Source of the DNA: a virus
IMG/VR virus record: IMGVR_UViG_3300028831_000585
Location: 1-64,000 of that record
DNA length: 64,000 bases
Direction: 5' to 3' (one strand)
The notes below the pieces were generated by a model. The model was not told the origin of the DNA. It made no database searches and saw only the letters and a list, made by a program, of their open reading frames with translations. The translations under genes and the position numbers were made by a program. This document shows, one piece after another, positions 53,857-62,715 of the stretch; within the stretch, counting starts at the first letter, position 1; each line of letters starts with the position of its first letter.

Positions 53857-54380
53857 TGGACGAGTTTGTCGCGATCACCGCGTTCGGCCCGCCCGGCTCG
53901 ATGGTCAACGGCTACCAGCGCGGCGACAAGGTGGACGCCGCTGTCGTGGAGCGCTGGAACCTGACCGTCGGCGAGGACGGCCAGGTCATGCCGCTGCGCT
54001 CCGACGCGGTGGCCCGGCCCGACGACGACAGCGACGACCGCCGCGCCTGGGAGGCCTACGCGATCGCCCGCGGCTGGTCGACCGCCGACGCCCGATCGGT
54101 GGCGCTGGATGACCTGAAGGACATCCCCGAGCCCGAGCCGGACGCCGACGGCAACCCCGCACCGGCCGAGACGCTGCCCGACCCGACCGCCCGGCCCATC
54201 CGGCCCGACGACGGCGAGGTGAAGGCCGCGTGGATCGCCTACGTGGTGGGCAACGGCGCCGACGAGGAGTGGGCCAACGCCAAGACGACCACCAAGGCCG
54301 ACCTTCAGGCCTGGGAGCCCGGCCCGGCCGGGGCACCCGACCCGGTCGCCGCGTCGGCTGCCGAGCAGGCGAACGGCTGA
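53856..54380 (+). CDS. Hypothetical 174-aa acidic, Pro-rich protein
   Basis: TGATG overlap. Confidence 0.55.
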   Translation: MDEFVAITAFGPPGSMVNGYQRGDKVDAAVVERWNLTVGEDGQVMPLRSDAVARPDDDSDDRRAWEAYAIARGWSTADARSVALDDLKDIPEPEPDADGNPAPAETLPDPTARPIRPDDGEVKAAWIAYVVGNGADEEWANAKTTTKADLQAWEPGPAGAPDPVAASAAEQANG

Positions 54381-54383
54381 GTC

Positions 54384-54821
54384 GTGGCCGAGCAGGTGCG
54401 GGTCGTCTTCCAGCAGGGCTGGGAGCGCGCGATCGAGCGCGAGCCGGAGGTGGCGCTGAGCATGTACGCCGGGGCGCTCATCGTGGCCGAGGGCCAGCGC
54501 CGACGCATCCCGGTCAGCCAGGACGGCTCGCACGGCCGCCCGGCCGGTTACGCCCGATCCCGCATCCACGTGGAGGCGGGGGCCGACCCGCTCGGCCCGT
54601 TCTGGGACGTCGGCTCAGACGCCGAGACGCCCGAGGGCTACCCGTACCCGCTCGGCCTCGAGCTCGGCACCCGGCCGCACGTGATCGAGAGCAGGGGCGA
54701 CTACCCGCTGCGCAACCGCCGCACCGGCCAGATCTTCGGCAAGCGGGTCAACCACCCCGGCAACAAGCCGTTCCCCTGGTGCCGGGCCGCCCTGGCCGAC
54801 CTTGCCGGGCGGACGCTGTGA
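54384..54821 (+). CDS. HK97 gp10-like head-tail joining protein
   Basis: GTRPHVIESRGDYPLRN...VNHPGNKPFPW pattern. Confidence 0.6.
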   Translation: MAEQVRVVFQQGWERAIEREPEVALSMYAGALIVAEGQRRRIPVSQDGSHGRPAGYARSRIHVEAGADPLGPFWDVGSDAETPEGYPYPLGLELGTRPHVIESRGDYPLRNRRTGQIFGKRVNHPGNKPFPWCRAALADLAGRTL

Positions 54822-55246
54822 CCACCACCTACGTCAACGCGCTCGGCGCGGTCGCCGGCTGGATCAACGGCCGCAGCGCCCTGGTCGGGGAAGGCCGCCC
54901 GCTCCAGAAGGGCGCCCACTTCAAGCGGCTGCGTGGCGCGGCCGTCGCCACCTACGCGCTGCTGGAAGAGCAACTGACCAGCCGGCGCTCCGACGACTCC
55001 CCGGAGAACCCCGACCAGTTGGCCGTCATCGAGGCCCAGGTCTACGGGGGCACCCGCGAGGCCGCCACCGCCGCCGCGGTCGCACTGTGCGCCGAGCTCG
55101 AAGCGGGGCTGTCCGGCACGCCCGCCGTGGTGGGCGACGCGCTGCTGAAGGTGGCCGACGACATCCAAGGCCCCGCCTGGTTCGCCGACGGCATCGTGCC
55201 GCGGCTGATCGTGCAGTTCACCGTCCGGCTGTCGCCGAACGTGTAA
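54818..55246 (+). CDS. Tail terminator-like protein
   Basis: GTGA overlap; position just before the major tail gene. Confidence 0.5.
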   Translation: MTTTYVNALGAVAGWINGRSALVGEGRPLQKGAHFKRLRGAAVATYALLEEQLTSRRSDDSPENPDQLAVIEAQVYGGTREAATAAAVALCAELEAGLSGTPAVVGDALLKVADDIQGPAWFADGIVPRLIVQFTVRLSPNV

Positions 55247-55324
55247 CACCCCTCCCGGCACCGCCCAAGGCGGCCGGGTCCTCGCTGTCCCCGGGTCCAA
55301 GACCCTTGCGATTGGAGAACCGTC

Positions 55325-55909
55325 ATGCCCGCTGTGACCGTGCCCAAGAACGCCCTGGCGTTCGGGGCGGGCGCCCTCTACTTCTCGGACCTCGGTGCGG
55401 GGTCGGCCCCGGCCAACACCGTCGCCAGCTCGGCCTTCACCGACAACTGGAGCGCCGGCTGGAACCTGATGGGCGTCACCCGCGAGGGCCACACGCTCAA
55501 CATCGAGTACTCCACCGACCAGGTGGAGGCCGCCGAATACCTGGACCCGCTGCTCAATGTCGTCACCAGCCGGAACATCGGCATGGAGGTCGACCTGATG
55601 CAGATCAACCTCACCAACTTCAAGCGGGTGTTCAACGGCGGCACGCTGTCCACCTCCGGCTCGGGCACCACCCTGCTCACCACCTACACCCTGCCGAAGA
55701 TCGGGCAGGAGGTGCGGTGCCAGCTCGGCTGGGAGGGCTCCGACTACACGGAGCGCTGGTGGGGCATGCAGTGCTTCCAGGTCGGCGAGGTCTCCATCCA
55801 GCGGCGCAAGGGCGCCGACAACGCCAGCCTGCCGGTCACCTTCAACATGGAGCCGGACGGCGCCGGCGAGCCGCTCTACTTCGCGGGTGCGGGTCCGACC
55901 CGTGGCTGA
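55325..55909 (+). CDS. Major tail protein
   Basis: 194 aa; position upstream of the G/GT chaperone pair and the tape measure. Confidence 0.7.
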   Translation: MPAVTVPKNALAFGAGALYFSDLGAGSAPANTVASSAFTDNWSAGWNLMGVTREGHTLNIEYSTDQVEAAEYLDPLLNVVTSRNIGMEVDLMQINLTNFKRVFNGGTLSTSGSGTTLLTTYTLPKIGQEVRCQLGWEGSDYTERWWGMQCFQVGEVSIQRRKGADNASLPVTFNMEPDGAGEPLYFAGAGPTRG

Positions 55910-56030
55910 GGCGGGCCTGATCCTTCCGACCGGTGCCGCAGGCGCGGCGGCCCGGCCGGGGATCGAGCAGACGCAGCCGCGCCGCCTGACCGCCGCCACC
56001 CCCGACCGGGAGCGGCCCCGCACCCCCGAG

Positions 56031-56564
56031 ATGCAGCGCGTCTCGGAGGGCGCCGTCGTCGACGAGCACGACGGCCGGGTGGAGTTCATGGGCGAGTGGT
56101 TCCACCTCGCCGACGAGATCGGCATGATGCCGCTGCTGGCGTTCTCCTTCGCCGCGAAGGACGGCGCCGACTCCGACGACATGGACGGCCTGGCCGCCAT
56201 GTACGCGCTGATCCGGGACACGATCGACCAGTCCCGGCCGGTGGTGGAGGACGAGCACGGCAACCCCGTGTTCGAGGCCGATGGCATGACGCCGAAGTAC
56301 GCCGGGCCGTCCGACTGGCAGCGCTTCGAGCGGCACGCGATCAACTGCAAGGCCGACGGCGCCGACATCATGGAGTTCATCCAGAAGGCGATGAAGGTGA
56401 TCTCGTCGCGCCCCCAGAAGCGGCGTGGGGACTCGTCCACCACATCGCCGCAGAGCTCGGAGAGCACGAGGGACGACTCGCCGTCGCCTGCCCCTGGTGG
56501 GCGGACTGTGCCCGGGATCGAGGCCTTGACATCGGTCGCGGATCTCGGTCGGCCGGCCCCCTAG
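56031..56564 (+). CDS. Tail assembly chaperone (G-like)
   Basis: Position; acidic protein; start chosen at the first ATG, with an upstream GTG at 55902 also possible. Confidence 0.6.
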   Translation: MQRVSEGAVVDEHDGRVEFMGEWFHLADEIGMMPLLAFSFAAKDGADSDDMDGLAAMYALIRDTIDQSRPVVEDEHGNPVFEADGMTPKYAGPSDWQRFERHAINCKADGADIMEFIQKAMKVISSRPQKRRGDSSTTSPQSSESTRDDSPSPAPGGRTVPGIEALTSVADLGRPAP

Positions 56565-56719
56565 ACGTCCTGCCGGTGCGTCTCGTGCTCAACGTGACCT
56601 ACGCCGCCATTGTCCGCGACATGGATGCCAAGCAGCGCGAGGAGTTCGACTCCAAGCTGTACGGCTTCGATGTGATGGGCCGGGCGGGCATGGAAGAGAT
56701 CCGACGGAGCGAGGGCTGA
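56031..56719 (+). CDS. Tail assembly chaperone frameshift product (GT-like, -1 frame from about 56559)
   Basis: The -1 frame stays open to 56719 past the TAG at 56562; a C5 run lies immediately before the stop. Confidence 0.5.
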
Positions 56720-56763
56720 GCCATGGCCCTCGCCCTCTTCGTCGTGCCCGGAGGTGATCACCG

Positions 56764-59700
56764 GTGGTAGCCCTGGCCAGTGCGTTCGTGCGTCTGCGCC
56801 CGCAGACCGACAAGGGTGAGTTCCAGCGGGAGGCGACCAAGGCCGGCAACGAGGCCGGCGACAAGTACGCGGACGGTTTCTACCGCGGCGCCGACGGCAA
56901 GCTGCGAGCTGCCAACGGCAAGTTCGCCACGGCTGCCCAGAAGGCCGCTGCCGAGGCGGGGGGCAAGGCGGGTGGCCAGTACGCCGATGGGTTCTACCGG
57001 GACGCTGCGGGCAAGCTGAGGCGGGCCAACGGGCAGTTCGCGAACGACGCCGAGAAGGCCGCGCACGGCATGGGCACCAAGTCGGGCCAGAACTTCGGCA
57101 ACGGCTTCGGCAAGGGGCTGGGCGGGCTGAAGGGCCAGATCCGTGACGCGCTCGGCTCGGCCACCGCCCTGTTCGTCCCGCTCGGCCTGGCCGCGGCGGT
57201 CGGCCAGATCGCCACCATCGGCATGGCCTACGAGGACAATCTGAACATCCTTCAGGCGGTCACCAAGGCGACCGGTGACGAGATGGCCCGGGTGTCGGAG
57301 AAGGCGCGCGAGCTGGGCGCCGACGTGACCCTGCCCGGCGTGTCGGCGGCCGGCGCCGCGGCGGCGATGAACGAACTGGCCAAGGCGGGCTTCACCGTGG
57401 AGCAGGCCATGGACGCTGCCCAGGGCACACTCCAGCTCGCCCGGGTGGCGGGCATCGACGAGGCCGAGGCGTCGACGATCGCGGCCGCCGCGGTCAACGC
57501 CTTCGGACTGGCCGCGAAGGACACGAACTTCGTGGTGGACGAGCTCGCGGCCGCCGCCAACTCGTCGTCGCTGGAGGTCACCGACGCGGCGATGTCGTTC
57601 AAGATGGCGGGCGCCGTCTTCTCCTCATTCCAAGGCGCGGCGGTCGGCCCCAAGGAGGCGATCACCGAGCTCAACACGGCGATTGCGATTCTCGGCAACA
57701 ACGGCATCCGTGGCTCGGACGCCGGCACCTCGCTGAAGCAGATGCTGCTCCAGTTGTCCGGCCCGACTGAGCAGGCCAAGGATCAGATGGCCTTGCTGGC
57801 CCAGCGGGCGGCCGGGGCCAACATCCCGCTGGAGTTGCAGACCGAGGTGCTGCGCGGCTCCAAGAAGGTGCGCGGCGAGGCCCTGGAGCAGATCCGCAAG
57901 CTGAACCCGGCGCTTGGCGATATGGGGGACATCGCCTACGACGCGTCCGGCCGGATGCGCCCGCTGCGCGACATCATCGGCCTGGTCGCCAAGGGCACCG
58001 CCGGGATGACCCAGGAGGAACGCGACTACGCGATCACCCAGATCTTCGGCGCCGACGCCAGCCGGGCGGTCATCGCCCTGATGAAGGGTGGCCTGCCGGT
58101 CTACGACGCCATGCGCAAGGCGATCATGGAGCAGGGCGCGGCGGCCGAGTTCGCGGCGGCCAAGAACGCCGGCCTGCGGGGCGCCCTCGACAACGTCAAG
58201 TCGCAGCTCGAGAACGCGGCGATCAGCGTCTACAACGTGATCAAGGGGCCGCTGACGACCGCGCTCAACGACTTCGCCCGCGCGCTGCCCGGCATCTTCG
58301 AGAACCTGGGCAAGTTCTTCACACTGCTCTACGACAACCGCGCGATCATCCTCGGGGTGGCGTACGCGATCGGCGTGCTCACCTTGGCGGTGAAGGCGAA
58401 CGCGGCGGCGTCGGCGGTGATGGCGGCCGGCGGGCTGATCCAGTTCTTTCTCCAGTACGCCAAGGCCACCAAAGTCGCCGCCGCCGGACAGGCGCTGCTC
58501 AACCTCGCCCAGGCCGCGTCGCCGATCGGGATCATCGTCGTCGCCATCGGTGCGCTGGTGGCCGCGTTCGTGCTCGCCTACCGCAACTCGGAGACCTTCC
58601 GGAAGATCGTCCAGGGAGCGCTGAACGGGATCAAGGTGGCGGCCATGGCGGTCGCCGACTGGTTCATGAACACGCTGCTGCCGATCCTCAAGGCGGTCTG
58701 GAACGGGATCGCCACCGGCGCGACGTGGTTGTGGCAGAACGTGCTCCGGCCGGTGTTCTCGGCGCTGGTCGGCTTCCTGCTCAACTACGTGATCCCCTAT
58801 ATCCGGTTCCTCTGGGAGAACGTCTTCCGGCCCGTCTTCGGCTTCATCGGCAACCTGCTCCAGACCTGGTGGGCCGGGGTGAAGATCATCTTCGGCTTCC
58901 TGGTCGGCTACTTCAAGACGGTCGTCTTCCCCGTGGTGATGTTCCTCTGGGACTACGTGTTCAAGCCGGTGTTCACCGCCATCGGCAAGGTGGTGGAGGT
59001 CGCCTGGTACATCATCAAGATCGCCTTCGCCGCGTTCGTCGCCTACCTGAAGGCCATCGTCTTCCCGGTCGTGCTCTGGCTCTGGAACAACGTTTTCAAG
59101 CCGGTGTTCGGCTTCATCGGCAAGATGATCCAGACTTGGTGGCAGGTCGTGAAGGCCGCCTTCACCATCGTCAAGAACGCGTTCGTGGATCTCGGCAACC
59201 GGATCAAGGCCGTGTGGGAGACCTTCATCCGGCCGGCCCTGAAGGCCATCGGCGACTTCATCAATTCCAAGGTGGTGCCCGCCTTCCGGACCGGCACCGA
59301 CGCCATCGGCAAGGCCTGGGACAAGGTGAAGGAGGCGGCCAGGAAGCCGGTCGCCTTCGTCGTCAACCAGGTGATCAACCCGTTTATCAACGGCCTCAAC
59401 ACCGTCGGCAAGGCGGTCGGCCTGAAAGACAAGATCGAGCCGATCAAGGGCTTCGCCGCAGGCGGCCAGATCCCCGGTATGCCGGTCAAGGATCGCGACA
59501 ACATGCTGGCCAGCATCACCGGCAGCGGCGCCCCCATCTCGGTGGGCTCCGGCGAGTTCATCACCAACACCCGCAGCACGCTGGCCAACCTCGGGCTGGT
59601 CAAGGCGATCAACGCCAAGCGCGGCAAGGTCACGCACGCCGACGTCGACCCGTACCTGGACGGCGGCGACGGCAGGGGCACCGGCGACGGCCTCGGCGAC

Positions 59701-60498
59701 TTCTTCAGCGGGCTGAAGGGCACCGCCGCCAAGGCGATCGACGTGATCAGCAACCCGAAGAAGGCGCTGATCGACACGGTTACCAACCTGATGCGGCGCC
59801 TGCCCGGCGCGGGCTTCCTCGCCGACCTGGTGGGCAGCTCCATCCGGCGGCTGATGAGTGCGGCCGGCAACTTCCTCGGCGGGGCCGGTGGCCTCGGCGG
59901 CCAGTCGGTGCTCGGCGGCTGGAAGGGCATGCAGCGGCTCATCGCCGCCCGGTTCCCCGGCCTGAACCTGATCTCCGGTCTGCGGCCCGGCGCGACCACG
60001 CTGTCCGGCAAGCGGTCCTATCACGCCGACGGCCGGGCGGTCGACTACCCGCCGTCGCGGGCACTGACCGCCTGGATCCGGGCGTCGTTCGGCTCCAAGA
60101 CGAAGGAGCTGATCTCGCCGTTCAACGACCTCAACCTGCTCAACGGCAAGCCGCACCGCTACACCGGCGCCGTCTGGAACCAGCACAACTTCGCCGGGGG
60201 CAACGCGCATACACACTGGGCCGCAGCGCTCGGCGGCCTGATCGGCAAGATGGGCGTCAAGCGGTTCGACTCCGGCGGGGCCTGGCCGTCCGGGACGATC
60301 GGCGTCAACACCTCCGGACGCACCGAGTACGTGGACCCCAACCGCAAGGGCGCCTCGCTGGCCGACCTGGTCGACCTGCTGGAGGACATCCTCGCCCAGC
60401 TCGGCCGGCTCGGGGTGGACGTGGCGGCCGCGCTCCAGAGCAGCACGTCCCGCGCCGGCGCCACCGCCCGCGGCCTCGGCACCACGAGGAGGGCCTGA
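56764..60498 (+). CDS. Tape measure protein with a C-terminal LAS/M15-type zinc peptidase motif
   Basis: 1244 aa; GTG 9 nt after GGAGG; central TM/repeat region; SYHADGRAVD (Hx6D) and HTH (HxH) near the C-terminus. Confidence 0.85.
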   Translation: MVALASAFVRLRPQTDKGEFQREATKAGNEAGDKYADGFYRGADGKLRAANGKFATAAQKAAAEAGGKAGGQYADGFYRDAAGKLRRANGQFANDAEKAAHGMGTKSGQNFGNGFGKGLGGLKGQIRDALGSATALFVPLGLAAAVGQIATIGMAYEDNLNILQAVTKATGDEMARVSEKARELGADVTLPGVSAAGAAAAMNELAKAGFTVEQAMDAAQGTLQLARVAGIDEAEASTIAAAAVNAFGLAAKDTNFVVDELAAAANSSSLEVTDAAMSFKMAGAVFSSFQGAAVGPKEAITELNTAIAILGNNGIRGSDAGTSLKQMLLQLSGPTEQAKDQMALLAQRAAGANIPLELQTEVLRGSKKVRGEALEQIRKLNPALGDMGDIAYDASGRMRPLRDIIGLVAKGTAGMTQEERDYAITQIFGADASRAVIALMKGGLPVYDAMRKAIMEQGAAAEFAAAKNAGLRGALDNVKSQLENAAISVYNVIKGPLTTALNDFARALPGIFENLGKFFTLLYDNRAIILGVAYAIGVLTLAVKANAAASAVMAAGGLIQFFLQYAKATKVAAAGQALLNLAQAASPIGIIVVAIGALVAAFVLAYRNSETFRKIVQGALNGIKVAAMAVADWFMNTLLPILKAVWNGIATGATWLWQNVLRPVFSALVGFLLNYVIPYIRFLWENVFRPVFGFIGNLLQTWWAGVKIIFGFLVGYFKTVVFPVVMFLWDYVFKPVFTAIGKVVEVAWYIIKIAFAAFVAYLKAIVFPVVLWLWNNVFKPVFGFIGKMIQTWWQVVKAAFTIVKNAFVDLGNRIKAVWETFIRPALKAIGDFINSKVVPAFRTGTDAIGKAWDKVKEAARKPVAFVVNQVINPFINGLNTVGKAVGLKDKIEPIKGFAAGGQIPGMPVKDRDNMLASITGSGAPISVGSGEFITNTRSTLANLGLVKAINAKRGKVTHADVDPYLDGGDGRGTGDGLGDFFSGLKGTAAKAIDVISNPKKALIDTVTNLMRRLPGAGFLADLVGSSIRRLMSAAGNFLGGAGGLGGQSVLGGWKGMQRLIAARFPGLNLISGLRPGATTLSGKRSYHADGRAVDYPPSRALTAWIRASFGSKTKELISPFNDLNLLNGKPHRYTGAVWNQHNFAGGNAHTHWAAALGGLIGKMGVKRFDSGGAWPSGTIGVNTSGRTEYVDPNRKGASLADLVDLLEDILAQLGRLGVDVAAALQSSTSRAGATARGLGTTRRA

Positions 60499-60872
60499 TG
60501 CCGACGCTCGATCTGACCAAGCTCTGGGTCAACCTGGTGGCCACCGGCGAGGGCATCTCCGGCGCCAGCAACCGCGGCAAGACCCGCACCACCGAGATGG
60601 ACGCCTCGGTGCGCAACTACGCCAACGGCCGCCGCCGGGCGGTCACCGCCGCCGGGGTGCGCCGGGAGATGCCCTACACCCTGCTGGCGGTCAGCCTGCC
60701 CACCGCCGACTACCTGGAGGCGTGGCTGGGCCAGAACGTGCAGGTGCGCGACAACCGCGGGCAGAAGTGGTACGGCATCTTTGCCGGGCTGGCCATCGGC
60801 GAATACATGCCGGTCGACCTCTACAACGTGTCGTTCACCCTGCTCGGCGTCACCGCCACCGAGGGGGTCTGA
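60498..60872 (+). CDS. Minor tail protein (124 aa)
   Basis: TGATG overlap with the tape measure gene. Confidence 0.6.
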   Translation: MPTLDLTKLWVNLVATGEGISGASNRGKTRTTEMDASVRNYANGRRRAVTAAGVRREMPYTLLAVSLPTADYLEAWLGQNVQVRDNRGQKWYGIFAGLAIGEYMPVDLYNVSFTLLGVTATEGV

Positions 60873-60873
60873 C

Positions 60874-62013
60874 GTGCAGGCGCTGGTCACCCCCGAGCGG
60901 GCACACCTCACCGCCGACCAGGTGAAGGCGCTCGTCCAGGACTCCCCGGCCGTCCAGCTCTCGGCCGGGGCCGAGATCATCGACCTGGACCTGAACGTGC
61001 TGGAGGACTTCAGCGACGACCTGGCCGGTGGGCAGATCACCAGGGACTCCTTCGCCGAGCTGCACGCCACCGCCCAGCTCCAGGTCGCCCGCGACCTGGC
61101 CTGGGGTGCGGACATCGTCCGGCCCTACATGGTGATGAGCGACGGCACGATCTCGGCCCGGTTCAACCTCGGCGCCTACCACGTCAACACGCCGAAGAAG
61201 GTCACCGGCCAGACGCCGCCCCTGCACGACGTGACCGGCTACGACATGCTGTTCCGGCTGCGGCAGAAGGTCGGCGACGCCTACGCGATCTCGGCCGGCG
61301 TCGACTACCTCGCCACCATCGAGGACATCCTGCTGTCGCGGGGATACACCCAGTACGTGATCGACCAGTCCCGCGCCGGGACGGTTGCGCCCGGCTCCCG
61401 CGCCTGGGTGCTGGACGACAACATCACCTGGCTGACCATCGTCAACGACCTGCTGAGCAGCATCGGCTACCAGGGCATCTGGGCGGACTGGGACGGCCGG
61501 CTGCGCTGCCAGTCGTACATCCTGCCGCAGGACCGGGACGTGGAATGGTTCTACTCGGACGACCCGGAGACCACCATGCTGTCGCCGGGCCGGGAGGAGG
61601 ACCGGGATTTCTTCGAGGCGCCCAACCGGTGGGTCTTCTACCGGACCAACCTGCCGGAAGGCTCGGCGCCGGTAGAAGGCAACGGGCTCTACATCTACCA
61701 GAACGACGCGGTGGGCGACACCAGCATCGAAGCCCGGCGCGGACTGGTCATCCCCGAGGTGGTCGGCGTAGACGCGGCCGATCAGGCGGCGCTCGTCTCG
61801 GCCGCGCTGATCCGGATCTCGGCAGACATGAACATCCCCACCGTGCAGAATGTTCAGACCTTTCCCAACCCGTTGCACTGGCACTTCGACAAGATCACGC
61901 TGACCGACGAGGTGCGGTCGTCGGTCGCCGACTACCAGTGCACGTCGTGGGCGCTCAACCTGCCGCCCGACCTCAACGACATGTCGCAGACATGGACGGC
62001 GATCTCTCGATGA
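60874..62013 (+). CDS. Minor tail / baseplate-hub-like protein (379 aa)
   Basis: GTG after GAGGGGG; position. Confidence 0.6.
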   Translation: MQALVTPERAHLTADQVKALVQDSPAVQLSAGAEIIDLDLNVLEDFSDDLAGGQITRDSFAELHATAQLQVARDLAWGADIVRPYMVMSDGTISARFNLGAYHVNTPKKVTGQTPPLHDVTGYDMLFRLRQKVGDAYAISAGVDYLATIEDILLSRGYTQYVIDQSRAGTVAPGSRAWVLDDNITWLTIVNDLLSSIGYQGIWADWDGRLRCQSYILPQDRDVEWFYSDDPETTMLSPGREEDRDFFEAPNRWVFYRTNLPEGSAPVEGNGLYIYQNDAVGDTSIEARRGLVIPEVVGVDAADQAALVSAALIRISADMNIPTVQNVQTFPNPLHWHFDKITLTDEVRSSVADYQCTSWALNLPPDLNDMSQTWTAISR

Positions 62014-62705
62014 GCACCTGGGACGAGGATCTGATCCGGCTGGTCGACCAGCGGATCGCCCAGTACTCGCAGCGCCGTTCGGCGGTCGGCACCTGCGTCA
62101 CCCGCGAGGTGATCGGCTGGGGCGCCTCGGTGCTGTTCGACGGGGCCACCACCGCCGTGCCGGTCAAGGTGCTCGGCCACGTCGAGCTCCAGCCGGGCAT
62201 GCGCTGCACCCTGGACAAGTACGGCTCGGAGTGGCTGGTCACCGGCGCCTTCGCCGTCCCGCAGATGGGCGAGGCCGGCGGCCTGGCCTTCAACGTCGGC
62301 GTGGTGACGACCAGCATCACCACCTTCGCCGACCACACCGGCCTGTCCACGTTCACCTTCCAGAAGTTCCACGACAACACTGCGGTGGAGATCTTCCACT
62401 CGGGCAGCGGCTACGCCACCGTCCAGAACACCACCGCCCGCTGGGCGCTGCGCCTCACCCAGACCGAAGGCGAGACGCCGTACACCCCGGTCGACCTGAA
62501 CACCTTCTATCTGTCCTGGTCGACCGCCAACGAGCGGATCTGGGGTCTGAGCACGTTCACCTACACCGGCATCCCCGCCGGGATCTACACCGGCCAGTGG
62601 CGGTGGCGCCGGGCCGCGGGCACCGGCGTGGTCACCAACGCCGGTGAGGACTTCTACTCCTACAAGCTGCGCGAGGTCGTCCGGGCCTCCAGCCCGTACC
62701 TCTGA
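62010..62705 (+). CDS. Minor tail protein (231 aa)
   Basis: ATGA overlap. Confidence 0.6.
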   Translation: MSTWDEDLIRLVDQRIAQYSQRRSAVGTCVTREVIGWGASVLFDGATTAVPVKVLGHVELQPGMRCTLDKYGSEWLVTGAFAVPQMGEAGGLAFNVGVVTTSITTFADHTGLSTFTFQKFHDNTAVEIFHSGSGYATVQNTTARWALRLTQTEGETPYTPVDLNTFYLSWSTANERIWGLSTFTYTGIPAGIYTGQWRWRRAAGTGVVTNAGEDFYSYKLREVVRASSPYL

Positions 62706-62715
62706 GGGGGGCGTC

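Noticed and set aside
55887-56030. N-terminal extension of the tail assembly chaperone ORF (track start at 55887, or GTG at 55902).
   Set aside because: The extension translates to low-complexity Ala/Pro/Arg sequence. The chaperone-like sequence begins at the ATG at 56031. The extension remains a possible alternative start.
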